This document shows, piece after piece, positions 11,461 through 40,989 of a DNA stretch of 64,000 nt (position 1 is its first letter; every line of letters starts with the position of its first letter). The stretch is from Pristiophorus japonicus (Eukaryota), in NCBI RefSeq assembly GCF_044704955.1, contig NC_091993.1, forward strand, positions 33,914,001 through 33,978,000. The letters run 5' to 3'. The notes under the pieces are model-generated. The model was given only the letters and a program-made list of their open reading frames with translations, was not told where the DNA came from and did not search any database. The position numbers and the translations under genes are program-made.

Positions 11461-13428
11461 AACGAGAGGGGAGAGGGAGGGGAGGGAGGGAGAGAGGAGA
11501 GGGAGGGGAGAGGAGAGGGAGGGGAGAGGAGAGGGAGGTGAGAGGAGAGAGGAGAGTGAGGGAGAGGAGAGTGAGGGNNNNNNNNNNNNNNNNNNNNNNN
11601 NNNNNNNNNNNNNNNNNNNNNNNNNNNNNNNNNNNNNNNNNNNNNNNNNNNNNNNNNNNNNNNNNNNNNNNNNNNNNNNNNNNNNNNNNNNNNNNNNNNN
11701 NNNNNNNNNNNNNNNNNNNNNNNNNNNNNNNNNNNNNNNNNNNNNNNNNNNNNNNNNNNNNNNNNNNNNNNNNNNNNNNNNNNNNNNNNNNNNNNNNNNN
11801 NNNNNNNNNNNNNNNNNNNNNNNNNNNNNNNNNNNNNNNNNNNNNNNNNNNNNNNNNNNNNNNNNNNNNNNNNNNNNNNNNNNNNNNNNNNNNNNNNNNN
11901 NNNNNNNNNNNNNNNNNNNNNNNNNNNNNNNNNNNNNNNNNNNNNNNNNNNNNNNNNNNNNNNNNNNNNNNNNNNNNNNNNNNNNNNNNNNNNNNNNNNN
12001 NNNNNNNNNNNNNNNNNNNNNNNNNNNNNNNNNNNNNNNNNNNNNNNNNNNNNNNNNNNNNNNNNNNNNNNNNNNNNNNNNNNNNNNNNNNNNNNNNNNN
12101 NNNNNNNNNNNNNNNNNNNNNNNNNNNNNNNNNNNNNNNNNNNNNNNNNNNNNNNNNNNNNNNNNNNGAGAGGGAGGGAGAGGAGAGGGAGGGAGAGGAG
12201 AGGGAGGGAGGGAGAGGAGAGGGAAGGGNNNNNNNNNNNNNNNNNNNNNNNNNNNNNNNNNNNNNNNNNNNNNNNNNNNNNNNNNNNNNNNNNNNNNNNN
12301 NNNNNNNNNNNNNNNNNNNNNNNNNNNNNNNNNNNNNNNNNNNNNNNNNNNNNNNNNNNNNNNNNNNNNNNNNNNNNNNNNNNNNNNNNNNNNNNNNNNN
12401 NNNNNNNNNNNNNNNNNNNNNNNNNNNNNNNNNNNNNNNNNNNNNNNNNNNNNNNNNNNNNNNNNNNNNNNNNNNNNNNNNNNNNNNNNNNNNNNNNNNN
12501 NNNNNNNNNNNNNNNNNNNNNNNNNNNNNNNNNNNNNNNNNNNNNNNNNNNNNNNNNNNNNNNNNNNNNNNNNNNNNNNNNNNNNNNNNNNNNNNNNNNN
12601 NNNNNNNNNNNNNNNNNNNNNNNNNNNNNNNNNNNNNNNNNNNNNNNNNNNNNNNNNNNNNNNNNNNNNNNNNNNNNNNNNNNNNNNNNNNNNNNNNNNN
12701 NNNNNNNNNNNNNNNNNNNNNNNNNNNNNNNNNNNNNNNNNNNNNNNNNNNNNNNNNNNNNNNNNNNNNNNNNNNNNNNNGGGAGTGGGAGAGGAGTGGG
12801 AGGGTGGGTGGGAGGGTGAGGAGAGAGGTGAGGGGGTGGAGTGGATGAGGGANNNNNNNNNNNNNNNNNNNNNNNNNNNNNNNNNNNNNNNNNNNNNNNN
12901 NNNNNNNNNNNNNNNNNNNNNNNNNNNNNNNNNNNNNNNNNNNNNNNNNNNNNNNNNNNNNNNNNNNNNNNNNNNNNNNNNNNNNNNNNNNNNNNNNNNN
13001 NNNNNNNNNNNNNNNNNNNNNNNNNNNNNNNNNNNNNNNNNNNNNNNNNNNNNNNNNNNNNNNNNNNNNNNNNNNNNNNNNNNNNNNNNNNNNNNNNNNN
13101 NNNNNNNNNNNNNNNNNNNNNNNNNNNNNNNNNNNNNNNNNNNNNNNNNNNNNNNNNNNNNNNNNNNNNNNNNNNNNNNNNNNNNNNNNNNNNNNNNNNN
13201 NNNNNNNNNNNNNNNNNNNNNNNNNNNNNNNNNNNNNNNNNNNNNNNNNNNNNNNNNNNNNNNNNNNNNNNNNNNNNNNNNNNNNNNNNNNNNNNNNNNN
13301 NNNNNNNNNNNNNNNNNNNNNNNNNNNNNNNNNNNNNNNNNNNNNNNNNNNNNNNNNNNNNNNNNNNNNNNNNNNNNNNNNNNNNNNNNNNNNNNNNNNN
13401 NNNNNNNNNNNNNNNNNNNNNNNNNNNN
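11461..13428. other. Polypurine GA-rich tracts interrupted by three assembly gaps (N at 11578-12167, 12229-12780, 12853-13428)
   Basis: Directly visible N runs flanked by GGAGAGG-type sequence. Confidence 0.95.
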
Positions 13429-13446
13429 CCGCCCAGCGCTGCCAAG

Positions 13447-31134
<17,688 letters not shown>

Positions 31135-31774
31135 CCCAGCTTAGAGCACCGGAGTTCATCTTGGTCGACGGGGGAGCCAGCCGTTTAACGCCGCGCTTGG
31201 TGCTTTCTGTTTCACTGCTTTTTTTCCCTCCCTTAGAGGCGATGCCTAACACCGGTGAAGAGCAGTGGGAATAAAGCCAGAGATAATTTGATGCGAGCTG
31301 AGCCTCCTGACATTTTCTGCGTAATGTGGGGAGACGACGGCCCGTGTGGTTTGGCAGAGAACGTTTAGCGGGACAGGTGACAATGGACTGGTAAAAAGCA
31401 CCAGTTCCAAAATACACAGGATAACTCACATAACCATTACAGGAAACCGGTAAAGTCACCACCATTACTTAATGTACTTTTGGAGAATTTCCGAAGGAGT
31501 ACCACTTCCTGCAGGAGTTGCACTTTCTGTGTTGGGTTACAGGGCTTCTATTTTTCATTGTAGAATTGGCACTGTTGGGTTCGTACAATATTGGGTACAG
31601 TGATTGAATTCTTTTTGATTCCCCCATCCCCCATCACCCCAGCTCCAGGTGGGGGGCTGATCTCCTGCCCAGTACTTGGGAATGGCCAGGATGCTTCACC
31701 CTTTGTCAAGGCCCCAGGCCCCAGGCCAGGTCGGGCACTCGCCACTGGGAGAGTCTCGATCTCTCTTCCTCCAT

Positions 31775-32030
31775 TGCCCGCCCACTGCTACGGACCCTCC
31801 TGGGGCAGTGCCCGCCCACTGCTGCAGGCCCTCCCGGGGCAGTGCCCGCCCACTGCTACATGCCCTCCCTCCCGGGGCAGTGCCCGCCCACTGCTACATG
31901 CCCTCCCTCCCGGGGCAGTGCCCGCCCACTGCTACATGCCCTCCCTCCCGGGGCAGTGCCCGCCCACTGCTGCAGACCCTCCCGGGGCAGTGCCCGCCCA
32001 CTGCTACATGCCCTCACTCCCGGGCAGTGC
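31775..32030. repeat. Minisatellite of about 7 units of 34-38 bp (CCCGGGGCAGTGCCCGCCCACTGCTACATGCCCTCCCT)
   Basis: Directly visible tandem units downstream of the BTBD1 stop codon. Confidence 0.9.
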
Positions 32031-32379
32031 CTCCTGGCATGGAAGTGCCTTAGCCAGCCTTTATTGACACATCAGGGACCTGCTGTGTGCCAGGAGTTAC
32101 TGACAATAACCCGAGTTGTGATGCTCGTGTGACTGGCTCTGTTGGTGCAGTAATGGGCAGCTGACCCAGATACAACCAGGCGGCTTAAAGCTTACTTTTA
32201 AAAGTTAACGGAGCGCTGGGAAATTGAAGGGTCACCCGAGAGAGATCCTCGCATTTTAATTGTGCCAATCATCGAAGATGGGATCTGTGCTGGGGGTCCT
32301 ATCTGCTCCATCCATCTATTCAAACAACATTCTTGGAAATAAAAGCAGAACACGCTGGTTGATTCTGAACGTTGCTGTG

Positions 32380-32745
32380 TCTTTAAAATGTTAAACGGAA
32401 TTAATAGGGTAGATAGAGAAACAATTTCCTGTGGTGGGGTTGGGGGGGTGCCAAGAACAAGGGGGCGTAACCTTAAAATTAGAGCCAGGCCGTTCAGGGA
32501 TGATTTCAGGGAACATTTCTTCACACAAAGAGCAGTGGGAATGTGGAACTCTTTTTTTTTTTCCCCCCTCCCAAAAAGGCTGTTGAGGCCGGGGGTCAAT
32601 TGGAGCCTTCAAGACTGAGATGGTTAGATTTCTGTTAGGTAAAGGATTTGAGTAATAGAGAGTAAAGGCTTGTGGTACAGATGATCCATGATGCAATTTA
32701 ATGGCAGAGCAAGCTCGAGGAGCTGAATGGAATCCTCCTGTTCCT
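32380..32745 (+). mobile_element. CR1 LINE 3' fragment
   Basis: RTRGRNLKIRARPF...FFTQRAVGMWNS followed by the 3' UTR. Confidence 0.75.
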
Positions 32746-33160
32746 AAAGTAACAGGTTCGAGGGGCTGAATGGCCTCCTCTTGTTCCTGTGTAACAGGCT
32801 CGAGGGGCTGAATGGCTTCCTGTTATTCCTATGTAGCAGGCTCGAGGGGCTGAATGGCCTCCTGTTCCTGTGTAACAGGCTCGAAGGGCTGAATGGCCTC
32901 CTCCTGATCCTATGTAACAGGTTAGAGGGGCTGAATGGCGTCCTGCTGTTCCTGTGTAACAGGTTAAAGGGGCTGAATGGCCTCCTGCTGTTCCTGTGTA
33001 ACAGGCTCGAGGGGCTGAATGGCCTCCTCCTGTTCCTGTGTAACAGGCTCGAGGGGCTGAATGGCCGCCTCCTGTTCCTGTATAACAGGCCCGAGGGACT
33101 GAATGACCTCCTGTTCCTGTGTAACAGGCTCGAGGGGCTGAATGGCTTCCTGTTCCTATG
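32706..33160 (+). repeat. Tandem array of 11 units (39-42 bp) of the CR1 3'-terminal motif AACAGGCTCGAGGGGCTGAATGGCCTCCTCCTGTTCCTGTGT
   Basis: Units counted directly; the unit matches the ends of other CR1 copies (e.g. 7998-8035). Confidence 0.9.
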
Positions 33161-34822
33161 CTGTCTGCATTTATTTCTCGTGCTCGCTGATTTGTATTTT
33201 TTTGAATGGATTCGATCTGTCTGGACCTGATCAACTTCATGAATGATGTGAAACTTGCTCGTGTGTGAATAATATGATCAATTAACACTGACCTTGGGCA
33301 GTGGAGAACCAGTGGGCTCTCAGAGCTTAGCGCTTCGTCTGAACTTCCTCTCCGCCATATTCGTGAGTTTGTCCTCTGCCCCCACTTCCCGGCCCCTTGT
33401 AGTGTTCGAGGAGCTGGACCAAGCGGGTGTCATCGCCTCTTTCCTCCCCCACCTGTTTATACTGGGGAAACGGGAAAATCCTAACCCCTGGACTTCTCTC
33501 ATCCTGGAGTGCACTGCCTGAATGGACGATGGAAGCAGATTCAATAACTTTCACCTCCACCTCGACCGCCTTTGTGACTTGGCAAGCATGCCAGTCGCTG
33601 CTGAATTCTGCGCAGTGTGGAATGATGCATGGTGACAGGTCCAGACATTCCCCGCAGGACCCTCTGTGAGTGAGGGCGGGATTCCGCCCAGAAATGAAGG
33701 GACAACATTCTAATTAGCTTCAGCATCCACATCCTCACCTGCCCACCCTATAGTGCGGTCCCAATGGTGAGGTTACTGCCCTGCAACATTCCTCGGCATC
33801 ACCACTGCCGGAGAGGTCAGCTTTCTGTCTTGTGTTCTTTCTGCTTTTGCATTTTTAACCAAGAATGCAATGATCTCCAACTGTTCCCTTGCTGCAGCCG
33901 TGTGAAGCTCCCATCATAGTCCACAGTGTCTATATCCACATCCAACACCAGGGCCCTGCACCGACACATGGGCTCAGTGATGGGCGGGGGGGGCTCAGGG
34001 CCTGGTGACGGGGCGGGGGGCCTGGTACTGAGTGTGAAAGGCTCATGGAGTAACTAACGGCGCAAACAGCAGTGACTTCCGTTTCTTGAGATTCCTTTAC
34101 ACTAACGATGACCTGCCTGGAATTCCTTAGTTCTTGGCTGCCAAAATATTAGTCGGGCGACTGATTTAATCGTTCAGTTAAGTGAAGAAATTCCCAGTGC
34201 GATGGAAACAATTTTCCGGGTGATGTTTCTGGAGTACTGTCCGACGTGGATCCCATGTCAGGAATAAATGCAGCCTCATTAGTGCCATATTAGCTGCTTC
34301 CATGGGTCCATGGGTATCAAATTGGTGGGGCGGGGTGGGGAAGAGCTAAATGATGATTAGCACTTGTCAATGATGCACCCTGTTATAGGCTTGTGTCACA
34401 GTACATGAGGTTAAAAACCAGCTCCATTCTGTATCCCAGGTTGTTTTGAAACGCAGTTGCCCCAAAACACACCCTATGTCTGCAAAAGGTATCGGAGGGC
34501 GGGGTCAAGCCATTCAATTCAACTACAAACATCTTGTGGGTGTTGTTTGAATATGTCTGATTGGCAGCTCCATTTGAGTTTGAGATACCTTTTTAAATTT
34601 TCTTTGTCCCAGTGAAATTTTGAAAGTATATCTCAGGCTGACTTGTTAAACCCACAGATAGCAGCAAACTGCACATAGTTAGGGAGCTTGAGGCAGTTGT
34701 AGTTCACATTGAAGTTTGCCTCAGCAGGCACAATGGTTTGTTATTCTTTATTGCCGGGTATACTTCAGCTTGTAATTACTGTAAATTTATAATGTTACTC
34801 CTTGTTTATCCATTTACTGTTT

Positions 34823-34828
34823 AATAAA
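34823..34828 (+). terminator. Candidate BTBD1 polyadenylation signal
   Basis: AATAAA at the end of a U-rich stretch. Other AATAAA hexamers exist upstream (about 31270, 32338, 34263), so usage is unproven. Confidence 0.4.
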
Positions 34829-35040
34829 TCTGTTTGGCAAGTTATAGCCCAAACCCCAATCTGAAGGAGTGTTTATTCTATCGTCTTCTGAAGTGCATGG
34901 AGATGGTGTGAGATTACCAGACCCCTGGGCTCACTACAGGTGACTCAGATATTGGGCGGGCGAGGTCACACTCCGCAGGGGGTGAAGTTCCACTCGAGAC
35001 CGCAGGGCTGAGAATTCATTAACGAAGTGATCACACTTCC

Positions 35041-35434
35041 TCACGAAGGAGTGGCGAGGTCGGGGCGAAGGAGCGTCGAGAGACTGTAGAAGGATGTGAT
35101 TGGGGACCAGGAGAGGCGTGAGTTCGGGGCAGCACGGGCCAGCCCACACTGCGATATGTGTGCTCGCTAGCTCCGTGCAGCAGAGCAGGTCTCCAGTCAT
35201 CGGGTAATCCTTGCCACTGGACCAAACCTAGCTCTGACAAGCCCAGGTGGTGGCTGGTGTGCAACGGCCAACCCACATTAAAAAAATCTACGCACAGGCA
35301 TCTTCCGCCCTTCAGGATGTAGTTCTGGACCTGGAATATTAGGTCCTTTATTGAAACACCTGTGAACTCATCCTTTTTTGGCGTGGAAGCAAGTCATCCT
35401 CGCTTTGAGGGGCCGCCTATGATGATGATGATGA
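35041..35434 (+). mobile_element. Short non-autonomous retroposon, probably RTE-clade derived, with (TGA)n tail and 13-bp TSD
   Basis: TGATCACACTTCC at both 35028-35040 and 35435-35447; ends GGAAGCAAGTCATCCTCG...GCCTATGATGATGATG; no ORF. Confidence 0.7.
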
Positions 35435-35776
35435 TGATCACACTTCCCCAGACTCTGCAATCCTGATTATCCAGAATAAGGCAGGGTCAGTAAATCCAAA
35501 GGTTCTTTCATTCCATCATCTCCGTGTTGCTCATGTGTTTCCTACCAGCTCGTTACTGACCACAGCCCGGGACACGGACACGCTCTCCGGGACACAGACA
35601 CGCTCCCCAACTCTGCCTCCTTTCCCGGTAATCTCCAATTCCTGTTTACATATTTTGTGAATAATCCTGTTTTACTTTCCTCACTGCTGGTCACATGATC
35701 CTGTATCCAAGTCTCCGTTGATAGTCCAGCATTGTCTCTTATAACCTGTAACCTGCTCTCGATGCTGTTTCCCTCC

Positions 35777-35982
35777 TGTTGTGTATGCAATAACTCAATA
35801 GACTGAATACTGTCCACTCCGAACAGGTACAAACCTGGCTCTACTTTTTTAGGGCCCAAAGTGATCACATTACAAGATGGCTGGCCTTTTATACCTGGGC
35901 CGCACATACATGCGCACAGCCCAATGACCTCCGACAGTGGCGCCACCTGGTGGCTAGTAAACCCAAGCATACATACATGACA
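35777..35982 (-). repeat. 3' LTR of the Gypsy element
   Basis: TG...CA termini, preceded on the minus strand by the polypurine tract at 35983-35994. Confidence 0.92.
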
Positions 35983-38900
35983 ATATCCCCCTTTAAGATA
36001 TTAACGGTCTTTTTACAAATTGAGACGGTCCAGGGTTTTCCGCTCCTGAGTTGAACGTCACAGCCTTGGGCGAGCGTTCTGAGTCTGTTATGACTGGGGG
36101 CTGGGTAGCCGATTTGATGGGAGTGGCAATGACTACGCCAGGGATTGAAATTCCAGATTCATTGACCGTGTTAGTGATTGAAAGTCCAGATTCATTAATG
36201 ACAGCGGAGTCCTTTGATGACTGAGGGTAGGTTGGTTGGTCACTGATTGTGTCTTCCTCGGACTGTTCCGGTTCATCCATGTGCCGCAGCTTTATCTGAT
36301 CAACATGTTTCCTGCATGTTTGCCCATTCTTGAGCTTAACGATAAACACTCTGTTACCCTCCTTGGCCGTAACCGTACCGGCGATCCATTTGGGACCTTG
36401 ACCATAATTTAGTACATACACAGGATCATTGATAGAAATGTCGCATGACACAGTAGCGCGATCATGATACCCTTGCTGACTTTAATGTCTGTATTCAACA
36501 CGACTATTCAAGTCCGGGTGGATGAGAGAGAGCCTGGTCTTGAGACCTCGCCATCAGTAGTTCAGCAGGGGAGACCCCAGTAAGCGTATGGGGTCTTGTC
36601 CTGTAACTAAGCAATATGCGTGACAAGCGAGTTTGCAGTGAGCCTTGAGTTACACATTTCATACTCTGATGGTTTGGATTGGATGCGGGTTTGAATGGTG
36701 CTGACCTCATGTTTGATACCATTGAGTTTCATGAACTCTTGAAACTCCATACTGGTGAAGCAAGATCCGTTGTCGCTTACAATTATGTCAGGCAGACCAT
36801 GCATAGCAAACATGACATGAAGGCTCTCAGTGGTAGCTGTGCATGTGCTGGATGACATGATTGTACACTCTATCCACTTGGACTAAGCATCCACCACAAC
36901 AAAACATCTTTCCCAGGAAGAGACCTGCAAAGTCGATGTGGATCCTGGACCATGGTTTAGATGGCCACAACTACAGACTCAGCGGTGATTGCGTTGGTGC
37001 TTTACCAAGCTGCATGCAAGTGTTGCACTGATGCACACGTGATTCCAGATCAGAGTCAATTCCAGGCCATCATACAGGAGACCTGGCAATGGCTTTTATT
37101 ATGACAATACCGGGATGTGTGCTATGTAGATCATGCACAAATTTCTCTGCCTTTCTTGGGCATAACAACACGATTACCCCACAGTAAACAATCTGATTGA
37201 ATGGATAGTTCATCTTTGCGACGGATGTAAGGTTTGGTCTTCTCATGCATTTGCTTGGGTATGGCAGACCAATCACCACTAAGGATACAACATTTCACAA
37301 CCGGTAATATTGGGTCCTGGCTGATCCAGGTCTTAACTTGTTGGGCCGTGACAGGGGTTCCTTCATGTTCAAAAGCATCCATGACTAACAGTAGGTCTGT
37401 CGATTGTGGCATTTCCACCTCCGGTGTGGTGGCAGACGGCTCAATGCAATCGGCACAATTCTCAGTGCCAGGTCTATGGCGAATGACATAATCATAGGCA
37501 GATATGTCAGCGCCCACCTCTGGATGCGGGACAATGCATTGGTATTGATACCTTTGTTTTCCGAAAACAATTAAATGAGTTGCTTGTGATCTGTTTCCAG
37601 TTCAAACCAGTTTCAAAGACCAAACAGGTACTGATGCATCTTTTTAATCCCATACACACAGGCTAGGTTGTAATTTGCCCGACTCATTAGCTTGTTGGAG
37701 CACGCAACCAACTCCATATGAAGAAGCATCACAGGCCAATACTACACGTACGCAGATCATAATATACTAGCAGCTTGTTGGAGCAAAGCAGATTAGTAGT
37801 TTTCCCAAAAGCTCTATCTTGAGACGCACCCCAAACCCAGTTGTCGCTTTTTCTTCGCAGCGTGTGCAGTGGCTCTAATAAGGTGCTCAATCTAGGTAAG
37901 AAATTACCAAAGTAGTTGAGTAGACCAATGAATGAACGCAACTCCGTCACATTCTGAGGCTTGGGTGCATTTTTTATGGCCCTGGTTTTCGACTCCATAG
38001 GCCTGATACCGTCAGCAGCAATTTTCCTCCCCAGGAATTCGACTTCTGGTGCCATGAAGACGCACTTCGAGCGTTTCAGTCTGAGTCCCACTTTGTCCAG
38101 ACGATGTAGAACCTCTTCCAGGTTGTTCAGATGTTCGGCGGAGTCAACCTGTGACCGGTATGTCATCTTGGAATATGATGGTTCTGGGGACGGACTTCAG
38201 TATACTCTCCATGTTCCTCTGAAATATGGCTGCAGCCGAGCGAATTTAAAAGGGCACCTGCTGTAGATAAACAGTCCTATATGAGTGTTGATGCACGTAA
38301 GTTTCTTCGACGTGTCGACCAGCTCCTGTGTCATGTAGGCCAATGCAAGATCCAGTTTTGTGAACGACTTCCCCCCGGCTAGTGTTGCAAACAGGTCATC
38401 AGCCTACCGTAATGGGTATTGATCCTGTTTTGAATCTTGGTTGATCGTAACCTTGTAGTCTCCACAAATCCTGACAGTGCCATCACTTTTCAACACGGGA
38501 ACAATGGGGCTGGCCCATTCGTTAAATTCGACCGGTGATATGATCCCTTCATACTGGAGTCGGTCCAGTTCGATTTCGACCTTCTCCCTCATCATGTACG
38601 GAACTGCCCGAGCTTTATGATGGACGGGTCTTGCACCCGAGTCCACGTGGATCTGCACCTTGGCTCCCGTGAAATTGCCGATGCCTGGTTCAAACAGCGA
38701 GGGGAACTTGCTCAGCACTTGAGCACATGGGAGTATCCTCCTCCGACGACAACGCTTTGATCTCGTTCCAGTTCCATTTGATTTTTTATAACCATTGGAC
38801 CATTGCCTGGAACAATCCATAACGGTAAATCGTGAACCACACCATCATACGACACTTTGATTACTGCACTACCAATCACCGTTGAGTTCTTTAGTGTACG

Positions 38901-39968
38901 TACGCAACTTGGCATTGACTGGACTCAGCTTAGGCTCACAGCCTTAGTATCCCACAGCCCGTCGAATGTCCTCTGGCTCATTATTGATTGATTCGCACCC
39001 ATGTCCAATTCCATCGATACCAGCACACTATTAAGTTTTACATTGATCATTATCGGTTGGCTCTTTGTTAGGAACGAATACAGTCCATAAACTTCCTCCT
39101 CTGGTATCTCAGATTGCATATCCAGATCCGCGCTGAACTGGTCATCATCCTCCATGTAGCACGCTTGCTTAGTTGCGGACAAATGCGCTGGAGATACCCC
39201 ACTCTCGAACAAATATACTGTTTAAACTGACACTGATGATGCCGATTTCCCCCATAAACGGTGATATCGGATTTATTCCCGTTGGCGGACTTTGAGCAGC
39301 CACAGGTTTCGCGTATGCAGTCGGGTAGGCCCTGCCATATGCAGCTCTGCCAAACGACGATACTATCTTGTTTACAGTACTTGGCAAGTTCCGATTTTTT
39401 AATGATACCTGCTTTAAGCTTTTGTCCGTCGTCACGCATGATTGGGCAATCGTGATGGCCTTGCTCAAATCCAGTGTCTCCGCCGCCAGTAGCTTACGCA
39501 GGATCACCTCGTGGTTGATGCCGATTACAAAGAAGTCCCGCAGCATGTCTGCCAATGCAGTTTTGAATGTACACGGTCCAGCTATAGACGTCTTAGGTCG
39601 ACAACGAATTCCGATACATCCTGGCCCTCAGAACGAACGTGCGTATACAATCAATATCTTGAGATGATGATGCCTTCATCTGGTTTGAGATGGTCACGTA
39701 CCAGAGCACACAATGTTTCATAGTCCTTGTCGTTGGACTTAAGGGCGAGAGGAGATTCCTTGAGTCGATAGATTTTCGGACCGCAAACCCGTGAGGAGGA
39801 CTGCTCGGCGCCGAACTGCGCCTGCCTCTTTCTCCATTTTGTTGGCCACTGAGTACTGGTTCAAACAGGCTACAAAGTCTGCCCAATCTTCTCCCGCCAC
39901 GAATCGCTCCAGAATTCCAATTGTGCTCATTTTTTGCATGCAAAGGTTCTTGTTACCTCATCGCCAAA

Positions 39969-40174
39969 TGTTGTATATGCAATAACTCAAAAGACTGAAT
40001 ACTGTAAACTCCGAACAGGTACAAACCTGGCTCTACTTTATTTGGGCCCAAAGTGCTTACATTATAAGATGGCTGGCCTTTTATACCTGAGCCGCATACA
40101 CATGCGCACAGCCCAATGACTTCCGACAGTGGTGCCACCTGGTGGCTAGTAAACCCAAGCATACATGTATGACC
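39969..40174 (-). repeat. 5' LTR of the Gypsy element
   Basis: Aligns without gaps to 35777-35982 (about 17 substitutions by eye); TATAAAA and AATAAA on the minus strand; followed by the PBS at 39956-39966. Confidence 0.92.
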
Positions 40175-40989
40175 CTCCCCAAAGCCCCTCTTGTGTTTCC
40201 TGTCTACTTACTGTGCTTTTTCTCAGTGAATGGAGTCCCTGTCCCTTTATCCTTCACCTGAAAGATGACAGCTCCAACAGCGCAGCACCCTCCCGGCCTA
40301 GATTTTGTGCTCGAGTCCCTGGAGGGGGACTTGAACGAACAAACTTCTGACTCTGAGGCAAGAGTGCTACCCACTGAAATACTGCTGACACCTTAGAACT
40401 TGATTTAGAAATAATGACCAGAGTATTATTAGTATCTGTACAAATAAGATTTTTCCTTTTAATAACTCTTGGGACTAAGCTAAAACTGGAATATCAGCAC
40501 TCTGAATTAATCACAAACACTCTGAAATAAATAACTTTGAAAGATCTTAAACTAGAACAAACAGATACCAAACATTTAACTATGGAGTCCACTATACTCC
40601 AATTAGGATTTATAGATTAAATGTTTATTGATAAAAGAATGCATGATGAAGTGCAGGATAATAAACATTCATTTATTTTTAATGTTTGTTATTTGGTGAG
40701 AAATCAAACATTGAAATCAGAATTAAAGACATTAAATGGTAATGCAAGTTGTGTTCCATGAAGTCCCAAACACCACGAACTGTGCCATAGATGGCAATGG
40801 AGTCAAAGTCATTAAAATAAATATTTCAAGGCACCTTGGCTGTGAATCCTTGCTCAACACTTGGCCTTTTAATATAAAAACACAAAATGCTGGAAATACT
40901 GTGTCTGTGGAGGGAGAGTTCAAGTTTCAGGTCAATGACGCTTCGTCAGAACTGGAGAAAGTTGAGCGATTTAAGAGTTTATAATTAAG

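Larger units (their letters stand above)
35777..40174 (-). mobile_element. Full-length degenerate Ty3/Gypsy LTR retrotransposon (Mag/K02A2.6-like)
   Basis: 206-bp LTRs at 35777-35982 and 39969-40174; 4-bp TSD CTCC; PBS TGGCGATGAGG; PPT AAAGGGGGATAT; gag (ERFVAGEDW, LRDFFVIGI), protease (MELDMGA), RT (WASPIVPVLKSDGTVRICGDYK), RNase H and integrase (HGLPDIIVSDNG) in Gypsy order, with many frameshifts. Confidence 0.95.

Noticed and set aside
31800-32030. Iron-responsive elements (CAGTGC loops) in the BTBD1 3' UTR repeat
   Set aside because: The flanks CGGGG/CCGCC do not form the required 5-bp upper stem, and CAGTG is better paired with the downstream CACTG
32706-33160. CRISPR-like array of palindromic ~40-bp repeats, and the LFLCNRLEGLNG repeat ORF resembling an LRR
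   Set aside because: No unique spacers, no cas genes and a eukaryotic context; the units are CR1 tail copies and stay open only because their lengths are multiples of 3
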